Shown: piece by piece, positions 47,840 through 56,744 of the stretch
Position numbering within the stretch: the stretch's first letter is position 1
How the letters are laid out: every line of letters starts with the position of its first letter
Assembly (NCBI GenBank): GCA_044440125.1
Contig: JBITAJ010000022.1
Coordinates: 352,001 to 416,000 of the forward strand
Source of the DNA: Sedimentisphaeraceae bacterium JB056
GTDB lineage: Bacteria > Planctomycetota > Phycisphaerae > Sedimentisphaerales > Sedimentisphaeraceae
Direction of reading: 5' to 3'
Length of the DNA stretch: 64,000 nt
The notes under the pieces: model-generated
Seen by the model: the letters and a program-made list of their open reading frames with translations, nothing else
The model's database searches: none
What the model was told of the DNA's origin: nothing
Translations under genes and position numbers: made by a program

Positions 47840-48834
47840 ATTTTTTCACCTTGCCTGATGCGATCTATCATCATAGGTACAACTTCAAAGAGATCCCCTA
47901 CAATTCCCATATTTGCCAATTTGAATATCTGTGCTTCGGGATCACTATTGATGGCGATTATATTTTCAGCCGTCTGCATTCCCGCGATATGCTGGATAGT
48001 ACCCGAAAGACCAATGCCTATATAAAGTTTCGGGCTCACCGTCTGGCCGCTTAAACCTATTTGATGAGGATAAGAAAGCCAGCCTCTGTCCACAACATCC
48101 CTTGTAGCACCAACCGCAGCACCCAGCAGTTCGGCAAGCTCATATATCATAGGCAGGTTTTCGGCCCTTTTTATGCCGCGTCCGACACACACGACTGTCT
48201 CGGCTTCAGATATAGAAACCGAATCCTCATTGACCTTGAAGCCAACATTGCTGATACGGCTTTTGAGAAGATCACAAGAAGCTTTAACCCTCAATATTTC
48301 TCCTGTTCTGCCTTCCTGTAAATCGGCCTCTCTTGTTGATCTGGGCCTGACTGTAGCCATTTGAGGTCTGTGATCGGGGGTTTTGATCGTAGCCATGATG
48401 TTTCCGCCGATCGCGGGCCTTGTCTGAAGCAAATTACCTGTATCAGCTTCAATATCAAGTTCGGTACAATCCGCTGTCAGGCCTGTATTGGCCTTTATGG
48501 CAACGTACGGCATTAAAGTTCGTCCGGTTGTAGTTGCCGCTGCAATTATTATATCAGGCTTATACTTTTCAACCACATCCATCATACACTCAGAATATGT
48601 CTCTACAAGGAAGTCTTCAAGCTCAGGAGCCTCAACGCAAACAACTTTATCAGCTCCTCTTAATATAAGTTCTTCAAGCCCGTTCTGGTCAATATTATTC
48701 CCAAATATCATCGCGGAAAGATTTTGACCGCTTTTATCGGCAAGTTCTCTGCCGCGTCTGAGCAGTTCAAAAGAAACTCTTTGAACATATCCCTTTCTTT
48801 GCTCAGCAAGTATCCATACACCACTATGTCTCAT
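47836..48834 (-). CDS. etfA: Electron transfer flavoprotein subunit alpha
   Basis: GLTADCT, TRPAIGGN, QIGLSG and SGTIQH motifs. Confidence 0.93.
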   Translation of the reverse strand: MRHSGVWILAEQRKGYVQRVSFELLRRGRELADKSGQNLSAMIFGNNIDQNGLEELILRGADKVVCVEAPELEDFLVETYSECMMDVVEKYKPDIIIAAATTTGRTLMPYVAIKANTGLTADCTELDIEADTGNLLQTRPAIGGNIMATIKTPDHRPQMATVRPRSTREADLQEGRTGEILRVKASCDLLKSRISNVGFKVNEDSVSISEAETVVCVGRGIKRAENLPMIYELAELLGAAVGATRDVVDRGWLSYPHQIGLSGQTVSPKLYIGIGLSGTIQHIAGMQTAENIIAINSDPEAQIFKLANMGIVGDLFEVVPMMIDRIRQGEKI

Positions 48835-49628
48835 TTCAGAAGCTCCATGCTTTCAAGATAGTCGAAAAACTTACCAACAGATGATTTCACCAATACCTCA
48901 TCTGATGCAAAGTTCATATCACACTGACGAACAATTTTGGGTTTGGATATTTTCACGACACGAGTGGGAGAGCCTTTCAATCCAATCTTTGAGGCATTTA
49001 TGCCAAGCTTTTGGTGATCCCATACCTCAATATCTATCTTTTTCGCCTTCTGCTTACCTCTCAGAGTAGGAAGTCTTGGGTCACTAACCTCTTTTACCAC
49101 GGTCAGAACGGCAGGCAGGCTCATCTGCCATATATCGTAACCGTCCTCAACCATTCTCTCGATCACACAAGATCCGTCAGTAATTTCACGAACCTTACTT
49201 ACATATGTCGCTGCAGGCAAATCCATAAAAGCCGCAATACCGGGACCAACCTGGCCGGTATCACCGTCAGTAGCTCTTTCACCGCAGATTATTATATCGG
49301 CATTAAGGCGTTTGACCGCTTCAGATAAAACATAAGATGTCGCCCAGGTATCACTGCCGCCAAAAGCCTTGTCGCTTAGAAGCAAAGCATCATCACATCC
49401 CATAGAAACAGCCTCACGAAGAGCCTCTCTTGCTTTTGGAGGCCCCATTGTAACAGCAGTTATACTGCCGCCATAAGTTTCTCTTAATCTTATTGCCAGT
49501 TCAATCGAATATAAATCGAGTGGATTAACTATGGACTCGACACCTTCACGTATCACAGTCCCTGTAGCTTCATCCATTTTCACATTTTTGGTCTCTGGTA
49601 CCTGTTTAATAGACACAACTATTTTCAT
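48831..49628 (-). CDS. etfB: Electron transfer flavoprotein subunit beta
   Basis: KQVP, NPLD, MGPP, SDTWAT and DGDTGQVGP motifs. Confidence 0.93.
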   Translation of the reverse strand: MKIVVSIKQVPETKNVKMDEATGTVIREGVESIVNPLDLYSIELAIRLRETYGGSITAVTMGPPKAREALREAVSMGCDDALLLSDKAFGGSDTWATSYVLSEAVKRLNADIIICGERATDGDTGQVGPGIAAFMDLPAATYVSKVREITDGSCVIERMVEDGYDIWQMSLPAVLTVVKEVSDPRLPTLRGKQKAKKIDIEVWDHQKLGINASKIGLKGSPTRVVKISKPKIVRQCDMNFASDEVLVKSSVGKFFDYLESMELLK

Positions 49629-49859
49629 TTTGTTACTCCGATAAGCTCAAAAAGAATCAAAGCCTTAACTTATTACTCATATCTTATCATAAAAAGTCAT
49701 AAGCTGTCAATAAATTTCTCAAAAAACCACCAGACTAAAATCAAAAAACGCATAACTAAACCCTAAATACTTTACTTAAGGAATATTATAACGTATATTA
49801 TGGGTGATTGTTTATGATTTCATAATTTATCATCAACAATAATGAAAGGCTACTTAAAT

Positions 49860-50016
49860 ATGAAAATAGTGGCAACTTTGGCTCTAATAATAACTGCATT
49901 ACTCTTTGCAGATTAAGACAATGCCCCCTTCATGGCAGCATCAAGCCGGCTATACCCATCAAAGTTGGGATTTTGGCGACAGCGGTATGGCACACCTACC
50001 ATTGATGCCTTTATGA
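49860..50016 (+). pseudogene. Possible decayed remnant of a secreted-protein gene
   Basis: After GAAAGG, an ORF reads MKIVATLALIITALLFAD-stop (signal-peptide-like). Another frame continues MPPSWQHQAGYTHQSWDFGDSG. Confidence 0.3.
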
Positions 50017-50133
50017 ACACACATCCATTTATGAACGGGTGGTTATATTTCGATATTTATTATTATATAAATCAGCGGTTTTGTGGAAAAACAATTATTT
50101 TCAATCACAGTAATAACAGAAACAGGTATATAC

Positions 50134-50544
50134 TCAATTGATAACCACAGTGTAACTTACCTGAGCGTTTTTGACACCTTTAAGAGACTTGACTGCATTC
50201 ACGATAGATTCAATTTCTTTCACTTTGCCTCTTAATATTATGATTTCGAAGCAATTATGATGATCAAGGTGCAAATGAGTAGAAACCATTACTTCAAGAA
50301 GATAGTCATGCTGTAATTCCGTAAGTTTTTGCGATAGATTTGGTGTATGATGGTCATAAATCAAGGTTAACGCAGCTATGGCTTCACTATCTGTTTTACT
50401 GAGTTTCTCATCAGAAAGATATTTCCTGATAAGATCACGAAAAGCCTCTGAACGTGCCGTATAGCCTTTTTCCATTATCAAACTGTCGAACTTCACCAGA
50501 AGTTCTTTATCTAATGATACGCCTATTCTTTCCAAATCACTCAT
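50134..50544 (-). CDS. nikR: Nickel-responsive transcriptional regulator NikR
   Basis: Ribbon-helix-helix RIGVSLD...RSEAFRDLIR. Ni-binding YDHH and HLHLDHHNC. Confidence 0.95.
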   Translation of the reverse strand: MSDLERIGVSLDKELLVKFDSLIMEKGYTARSEAFRDLIRKYLSDEKLSKTDSEAIAALTLIYDHHTPNLSQKLTELQHDYLLEVMVSTHLHLDHHNCFEIIILRGKVKEIESIVNAVKSLKGVKNAQVSYTVVIN

Positions 50545-50647
50545 TGTATATCCTGAAAAATTAATAACCAATAAGGATTATTCTATCAAAACTCAACTGT
50601 TTGTCATTAAATTCTTGCAATATTCGTCCTTATAGAGTAATCTTTCA

Positions 50648-50674
50648 GTAATACGAAATTAAAATTCGTGCTAC
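50648..50674. promoter_or_regulatory. Putative NikR operator GTAATAC-N13-GTGCTAC
   Basis: Spaced inverted repeat GTAATACGAA-N7-TTCGTGCTAC (8/10 match), just downstream of TTGCAA-17 bp-TAATCT (50615-50643), between divergent nikR and the cupin operon. Confidence 0.7.
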
Positions 50675-50712
50675 CATACATAGAAACACAAAATTCAAAC
50701 AGGAGAGAACAT

Positions 50713-51039
50713 ATGCAGGATGAGATTAAAGTTATTGAATTAATCACTCAACCAGATTACCAACCATTATTAACCGGTGAGCCGCAAACTAAGGGAATGC
50801 GAGCAGGAAGAGTATATCTCAAACCAGGTGAAGACTGCGGAGAACACTCTACTGAAGCACATGAAGAAACACTGGTTTTCCTTAAAGGTAAAGGTAAATC
50901 TCTAATAGGCAATGACAAAAAACCACACGAAGTTGGCGAAGGCAAGGTAGTGTACATACCACCATTTACAATACATAATATAGTAAACGATTCAAAAGAA
51001 CCGCTGGTTTATATTTACTGTGTTGCTCCAATTTCATAA
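50713..51039 (+). CDS. Cupin domain protein
   Basis: HSTEAHEE...G.G and VYIPP..HNIVN cupin motifs. AGGAGA RBS. Confidence 0.85.
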   Translation: MQDEIKVIELITQPDYQPLLTGEPQTKGMRAGRVYLKPGEDCGEHSTEAHEETLVFLKGKGKSLIGNDKKPHEVGEGKVVYIPPFTIHNIVNDSKEPLVYIYCVAPIS

Positions 51040-51054
51040 AACTAACAGAGAAGG

Positions 51055-52047
51055 ATGTTTATGTTCAAAAATAAAATAACAGTTTTTGCGGCGTTTTGCC
51101 TAACGAGCGTTTACTGCTTTGGAGTTACCCACTCTGAGCTTCAGGCAGTCAACTCTGATGGATCAAGTGCGTTTTCAGGGTCCGATATAATACAGTTAGA
51201 AGGCATCATACTGAACAGTCCGGAAAATAATCTTTCACCAGAACCCAATTCCCTTGCATCGCCTTGGTTCATGGGTGGGCAGTGGCAAATATTTATTCAA
51301 GGTGAAGGCGAAGATACGGCAGGTACTGCATGTTGGATGGGACAAAATTACGCAAACGGCCCCGGCACAGACAGTTATACTGAACAGCAATGGCTTGCAG
51401 AACTTAATCGTCTCAATTATGACAGTTCTACCGGCTATGCCTTCAGAGCCGGAGATCGCGTACAGGTTACCGGTTCATATTTGTTTTATGGTGGAAAAGT
51501 TAATATAAATGAAAATCACCAAACCAATCCAGATTTTGATTTCACTATTGAGCTTGTTAAACCTGCAGTCGGACTACCTAAACCAGAAGAAATAAGCCTT
51601 TCCGACCTGAAAGATGCAAACAACGAGTTTATTTTCGATCAAAGCCGCCAAAGCGGTCCGGAACGTTATCAGAGCAGGCGTGTCCGTATAAGCGATGTCT
51701 GGGTAAATAATCCTGAAAACTGGATTCCTGATGGCAATATAGAATTGCAAGACTCCACCGGACGAACAATGCCGGTAAGTTTAGGTCTTGGTAAAGGAAT
51801 TTCTCTTTACCAATGCCCTGAGGGAACAATCGATGTTATAGGAGTTCTAAATCAGGAAGGCGGCAGCGACCCCACTTCCGGATATGAAATCATCATTTTT
51901 GATTATAACGGCAACCCGCTTGTACTTGGTGATACCGGACCAACAAGAGGCAATCTTGCAGGTGATATAAACAATGATTTCGTTGTAAATATAAATGATT
52001 TGGCAGCAATTGCGTCAAACTGGCTTAAAGATATAGCCGGTCTTTAA
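51055..52047 (+). CDS. Secreted protein with OB-fold-like segments and a C-terminal dockerin-like motif
   Basis: Signal peptide. GDRVQVTG. C-terminal GDINNDFVVNINDLAAIASNWL. Confidence 0.65.
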   Translation: MFMFKNKITVFAAFCLTSVYCFGVTHSELQAVNSDGSSAFSGSDIIQLEGIILNSPENNLSPEPNSLASPWFMGGQWQIFIQGEGEDTAGTACWMGQNYANGPGTDSYTEQQWLAELNRLNYDSSTGYAFRAGDRVQVTGSYLFYGGKVNINENHQTNPDFDFTIELVKPAVGLPKPEEISLSDLKDANNEFIFDQSRQSGPERYQSRRVRISDVWVNNPENWIPDGNIELQDSTGRTMPVSLGLGKGISLYQCPEGTIDVIGVLNQEGGSDPTSGYEIIIFDYNGNPLVLGDTGPTRGNLAGDINNDFVVNINDLAAIASNWLKDIAGL

Positions 52048-52068
52048 TCAGAATATTGGCTGAATTTT

Positions 52069-52719
52069 ATGAAGCGGGCATTCACACTAATCGAACTGCT
52101 GATTGTAATCAGCATTATCACTCTTATGCTTGCAACACTTTTGCCTGCATTCTCTCGCATAAGGATGCAGGCAAAAGTGCTCACTGCAAACTCAGACCTG
52201 CGCCAAATAGGCATATGTCTGGATATGTATACAGTTGATAACAATAATAGATTTCCGCCTACCCGAAAAGATTGTAATCTTGGATGGGAAGACCATCAAC
52301 TCCCTCCCGAACTGGTTGAAAGCGGCTATCTTCCTGAACCGGAAAGCAGCAGTAACACAAGCGCGGGCATTTACGATGTATTCAACCATAACGTTACATA
52401 CAAATATTGGTCCGTAGGACAAATGTACCAGAACGGGAAATACAGTGAACGACTTAAATCAGGATTATATGTTCCCAAAAACTTTCCTGCAAATAATGAG
52501 GAAAAACCTGAGACTGACATCTACTACAATGCCCCTGACCTATCCCCTGTAAATTGGGTTATTTACAGTGAAGGTCCCAACTACGATGCATGGACAGCAA
52601 TAAAAGAACTCAACGGACCTGTACCCCGCCGCTGTTGGTATGATCCAGCAAAAAATGAAGGACTGATAGTCAGAATAAGTACCAAAAACGGTGATCAAAT
52701 AGGAACATTTCAAGAATAG
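52069..52719 (+). CDS. Prepilin-type N-terminal cleavage/methylation (pseudopilin-like) protein
   Basis: MKRA/FTLIELLIVISII, SDLRQIG..L.MY..DN and YSEGPN. No H-X9-DG motif. Confidence 0.88.
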   Translation: MKRAFTLIELLIVISIITLMLATLLPAFSRIRMQAKVLTANSDLRQIGICLDMYTVDNNNRFPPTRKDCNLGWEDHQLPPELVESGYLPEPESSSNTSAGIYDVFNHNVTYKYWSVGQMYQNGKYSERLKSGLYVPKNFPANNEEKPETDIYYNAPDLSPVNWVIYSEGPNYDAWTAIKELNGPVPRRCWYDPAKNEGLIVRISTKNGDQIGTFQE

Positions 52720-52723
52720 CACA

Positions 52724-53554
52724 ATGAAACCATATATAACAACATGTTTATTAATTTTTATTCCATTTATCTTCGGTTGCAGGGAAAATAAAACATCACA
52801 CAACAACCCTGCTATTGCTGTAAGCAGCTCATATATTGAAGCCGCTCTAAAAGATATCTGTGGCAAAGATGCAAATATACTGCTTATTGTCCCTCCCGGC
52901 ATGTGTCCTGGACATTTTGATATTTCGCCACAAAAAGTTAAGATGATAAGTGATTGCCGCCTGCTTTTACTTTTTGACTTTCAAACAAGTATGGCAGATT
53001 CCCTTAACAGACTTAAAGACAACGGATTAAACATCGAGTCACTATCTGCTCCCGGAGGATTATGCAAACCTCAAAGTTATATGTCTGTTGTTGAACAGAT
53101 AAGTATAATACTAAGCGAGCTTTATCCAGAAAAAAAAGATTTCTATACAGAACGTAAAACCTGTATAAATCAGAGAATGATTTCTCTGCAAAAACAATTA
53201 ATAACAACAGTAACAGACTCTCATCTTTCAGGAACAAAAATTCTTTCAGCAACTCATCAGGCAGATTTTGCCAAATGGCTCGGGCTTGACGTAATCTCAA
53301 CTTATGGTTCGCAAGATACAACAACGGCATATGAAATAAACCAAATATTGCAAAAGATAGATACCGAACAAATAAGTATCATAATAGCTAACAAGCAACA
53401 GGGTTCACAATTGGAAAGTGTATTATCAGAACGACTCAACGTCAGGTTTACCGAATTCAACAATTTCCCTTTATGTGAGACCGGCAACGCTCCCTTTTTT
53501 GATACAATGGTAACAGATAACGTAAACAAACTCATAGAAAAGCTAAATGACTGA
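52724..53554 (+). CDS. Metal ABC transporter substrate-binding lipoprotein (ZnuA/TroA-like fold)
   Basis: Lipobox IFGC. PPGMCPGHFDISP occupies the position of the PxGxDPH motif. HQADFAKWLGL. Adjacent to an ABC-3 ATPase and permease. Confidence 0.8.
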   Translation: MKPYITTCLLIFIPFIFGCRENKTSHNNPAIAVSSSYIEAALKDICGKDANILLIVPPGMCPGHFDISPQKVKMISDCRLLLLFDFQTSMADSLNRLKDNGLNIESLSAPGGLCKPQSYMSVVEQISIILSELYPEKKDFYTERKTCINQRMISLQKQLITTVTDSHLSGTKILSATHQADFAKWLGLDVISTYGSQDTTTAYEINQILQKIDTEQISIIIANKQQGSQLESVLSERLNVRFTEFNNFPLCETGNAPFFDTMVTDNVNKLIEKLND

Positions 53555-54359
53555 ATACAGCTTACAACTATCTGACATACATATAAGGCGTTCAGGCCGC
53601 AATATCCTTGACATAGATAACATAATTGTCAAAAAAGGAGAATTTGTAAACATCATTGGAACTAACGGCGCAGGAAAGACAACCTTTCTTAAACTTATAT
53701 GCGGTCTGATAAAACCTTCACGTAAAGCTATTGTGAAGATTGAAGGAACGAATATAAATTCAGTGCATCCATGGCAAAAAAACTCAGTTCGCCGCAGCAT
53801 AGGCTATATTCCCCAATTCTCCTCATATAATACAGAATTGCCGTTTACTGTACGTGAAATAGCACTTATGGGATTGGCCGGTATAAAACCAATTTTCTCA
53901 CGTTATACATCTGAGGACAAATATATCGTTGATAAACAACTTGATGAATTAGGTCTTGGCTTACAAAAAGGACAGGTATTCGGAAGTTTGTCAGGTGGAG
54001 AACAGCAGAAAGTACTCATCGCACGGGCACTTGTACAGAAACCTACAATATTATTGCTCGATGAACCAACATCCAGTCTTGATTTCAACTGGAAACTGCG
54101 TATAACTGAACTGATTAAAAGCCTGCACAAAAAACTTTCATTAACAGTGATTCAAGTTACACATGAACTAAATGCTGTTTCACTCGATGCAGACAGAACA
54201 ATACTGATCGACAGTGGAGTAATTGTTCGTGATGGGGAGACAAGAGATGTACTCTGCTCGCACCAGTTGCAGCAAATATACGATATAAACATCGACATTA
54301 TACAAAAGAACAATAAAAACGTTGTACTCTGCACTGCTTTAAGAGAAGGGGTAGTTTGA
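53547..54359 (+). CDS. Metal ABC transporter ATP-binding protein
   Basis: GTNGAGKT, LSGGEQQ, LLLDEPT and VTHE motifs. Confidence 0.93.
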   Translation: MTEYSLQLSDIHIRRSGRNILDIDNIIVKKGEFVNIIGTNGAGKTTFLKLICGLIKPSRKAIVKIEGTNINSVHPWQKNSVRRSIGYIPQFSSYNTELPFTVREIALMGLAGIKPIFSRYTSEDKYIVDKQLDELGLGLQKGQVFGSLSGGEQQKVLIARALVQKPTILLLDEPTSSLDFNWKLRITELIKSLHKKLSLTVIQVTHELNAVSLDADRTILIDSGVIVRDGETRDVLCSHQLQQIYDINIDIIQKNNKNVVLCTALREGVV

Positions 54360-55156
54360 TGGACCCCTTCTTCTATCTTATCATAATAGCCGGTGCAATC
54401 GCAGGAGGTGGAACTGCATATCTCGGAGTGTTTATCGTAGGAATGAGAATGCCGTTCATAGGTACATGTATATCTCATGCGGCTATGGCGGGTACTGTGC
54501 TTGCGGTATTAACCGGAATAAACCCTACCATCGGCGCAGCTGCATTATCCATCGCCTCCGCCGTCTCTTTAGCAGCGCTACCGCCGCACCGTTCACGAAT
54601 TGACAATAATGTAGGTTTGGCGGTGCTGTTTTCTCTTATGCTTGGTCTTACTTTTCTGGGCATCGGCCTGGTGAATAATCAACGATCAGATTTACTTGGT
54701 ATGCTCTGGGGCAGTTTGCTTTTTGTTCAGAAGGATTCTGTTCTTATGATTTCCGCCGGCACTCTCGCTATGCTCATTTTTTCCTGTCTTTTCAGTAAAG
54801 AACTCAAACTGATACTTTTCAGTCGTGAAATCGCTGTTACAACAGGTATACATCACTGCATGGTATACTGTCTTTTTCTGGCCTTATGCGGGTTTATTCT
54901 CTCTGTCAATCTGAAATTAATCGGCGGATTGATGATATTCGCCCTGACAACAAATCCAGCCGCTGCCGCTTACCAGATATGCAAAGGATATCGTTCTGTA
55001 GTAGCCGTCTCAACTTTGTTCGGTATCCTTTCGACAGTAGCCGGATTTCTCATATCATATTATTTCAACCTACCGACAGGGGCTTCAATAGTTCTGGTCA
55101 GTACATTTATATTCGCTCTCTGTGCTGTTATAAACAAGGTGTTTTCACTACAATAG
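54359..55156 (+). CDS. Metal ABC transporter permease (ABC-3, ZnuB-like)
   Basis: ISHAAMAG, LWGSLL, PAAAA and NLPTGASIV. TGATG overlap with the ATPase stop. Confidence 0.9.
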   Translation: MDPFFYLIIIAGAIAGGGTAYLGVFIVGMRMPFIGTCISHAAMAGTVLAVLTGINPTIGAAALSIASAVSLAALPPHRSRIDNNVGLAVLFSLMLGLTFLGIGLVNNQRSDLLGMLWGSLLFVQKDSVLMISAGTLAMLIFSCLFSKELKLILFSREIAVTTGIHHCMVYCLFLALCGFILSVNLKLIGGLMIFALTTNPAAAAYQICKGYRSVVAVSTLFGILSTVAGFLISYYFNLPTGASIVLVSTFIFALCAVINKVFSLQ

Positions 55157-55184
55157 ACACATTCAAAACGAAGTTTTTGGCAAA

Positions 55185-55205
55185 TTGACGAACTTTTGAC
55201 GAACT
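55185..55205. repeat. Tandem 10-bp direct repeat TTGACGAACT (two copies) near the tRNA 3' end
   Basis: Copies at 55185-55194 and 55196-55205. Confidence 0.6.
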
Positions 55206-55287
55206 ATGGGGTAAAATGGGTGTTTTGAGCAGAAAAAGAAAAAGCCTCAAAACCGCTAAGACCAGCAATTTCAAGGCTTTACAAAAA

Positions 55288-55361
55288 CACACCCGCCAAG
55301 ATTCGAACTTGGGACCTACGGATTAGAAATCCGTTGCTCTATCCTGCTGAGCTACGGGTGC
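55288..55361 (-). tRNA. tRNA-Arg (anticodon TCT), CCA not encoded
   Basis: Reverse complement is GCACCCGTAGCTCAGCAGGATAGAGCAACGGATTTCTAATCCGTAGGTCCCAAGTTCGAATCTTGGCGGGTGTG. It folds as a cloverleaf with an ACGGA/TCCGT anticodon stem and a GTTCGAAT T-loop. Confidence 0.97.
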
Positions 55362-55649
55362 ACATCAAAAGAACGCATAGTTTACTTTTTCACGAGTTTT
55401 TTTCAAGTATCAAAAGGCTAAAAAAAATAAAATATATCAAACAATACAACACAACAGACATAAACCAAGTATAATAAACAACTTACCAAGCACAAACAAC
55501 ATCAAAACATCTCAACCTGCAACCATTTCTTGAAAAAAGATTAAAAATCAGGACAAAATAACTATAATAATCAGTCAGGTAAGTTAAAGACTGATAAATT
55601 GAAACAAAAATACTGGGTAATCCAAAACGCCCAGCCAAAATAAAGAACA

Positions 55650-56219
55650 ATGAAAATGAAAAATACAATAGCCGAAATGACCGCCGACCACATCGACGCA
55701 ATCAGCTACTTCAAGGCCAACAGCATTGAAACAGTAGAGAAAATTGCAACTCTGACTACTTCTGTCTTCAAGAATGGCGGCAGCGTCTATCTTTGCGGCA
55801 ACGGTGGGTCTGCTGCAGACTGCCAACATATTGCAGGCGAACTAATCGGACGCTTCCGAAAAGAACGAAAAGCTCTGCCTGCAGTTGCTTTGACCACTGA
55901 TACTTCTGTGTTAACTTGTCTGGGCAATGACTATAATTTTGGACATATATTCATTCGCCAAGTTGAGGCAATGGTTACGGAGAAAGATATTATCTGGGCT
56001 TTTTCTACAAGTGGAACATCTGAGAATATAATAAAAGCGGTAGAACTTGCCAAAGAGAAAAGAGCCAAGATTGTAAGCTTCACAGGCAAGCCAGACAGCC
56101 TTCTCGAGACGCTTTCCGATGTTTGCCTATGCACAAACACCAGATTTACAAGTTCGTCTCAGGAAGTACACCAGCTTGCATACCACATAATCTGCAAACT
56201 CATCGAAGACCAATTCTAA
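55650..56219 (+). CDS. gmhA: Phosphoheptose isomerase (SIS domain)
   Basis: CGNGGSAADCQH, NDY, STSGTSENI and QEVH motifs. Confidence 0.9.
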   Translation: MKMKNTIAEMTADHIDAISYFKANSIETVEKIATLTTSVFKNGGSVYLCGNGGSAADCQHIAGELIGRFRKERKALPAVALTTDTSVLTCLGNDYNFGHIFIRQVEAMVTEKDIIWAFSTSGTSENIIKAVELAKEKRAKIVSFTGKPDSLLETLSDVCLCTNTRFTSSSQEVHQLAYHIICKLIEDQF

Positions 56220-56245
56220 TTGCATAATAATTTGCAATAGGAATA

Positions 56246-56737
56246 CTATTCAAGTTTGAAATATTTCATCCAGTAAGAAACCTCTGAGGTGGTTATACCT
56301 CTGCGTTTTGCGGCAGGTTCTTTTATTTTGGGTTTCGGTTTATCAATCTCTTTGATAACATCAAACCAGAAATCAATACTCGGAATACTCGTTGCTCGTC
56401 TGCGTCTGGCCTTGTCCCTGATTTTCCTGTCGCTGCTTACAACTACAAGCCGCTTAGGTGCACTGCTGGCCTCTATCTCAGCCTCAATATAGTCATCAGC
56501 TTCGTAGTAATCTCCTGAAAACTCCACTTCAAGCCTCGCAAAATTCTGAAAGAAACGTTTATCAGAAGGCCCCATGCCATCGTAAAAAAGTACCCCCCTC
56601 GACTTCTTAAGCTGAAGATACTCTTCCAGGATATGACAAAGAAAATGCGTAGCAGCCTCTACTGAAAGCGAAGCAAACTGCTCTCCACTGCCGCGAACTG
56701 CAAATAAAAGATTATGCCCATCAAAAATATACTGCAT
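56246..56737 (-). CDS. NYN domain (YacP-like) putative ribonuclease
   Basis: FDGHN, FYDG, ADDYI and VVSSDR acidic motifs. Confidence 0.8.
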   Translation of the reverse strand: MQYIFDGHNLLFAVRGSGEQFASLSVEAATHFLCHILEEYLQLKKSRGVLFYDGMGPSDKRFFQNFARLEVEFSGDYYEADDYIEAEIEASSAPKRLVVVSSDRKIRDKARRRRATSIPSIDFWFDVIKEIDKPKPKIKEPAAKRRGITTSEVSYWMKYFKLE

Positions 56738-56744
56738 TAGTAAC

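Noticed and set aside
49932..50141. 69-aa intergenic ORF
   Set aside because: No clear RBS, a low-complexity AT-rich second half, and overlap with the nikR stop. Better explained as part of a decayed remnant.
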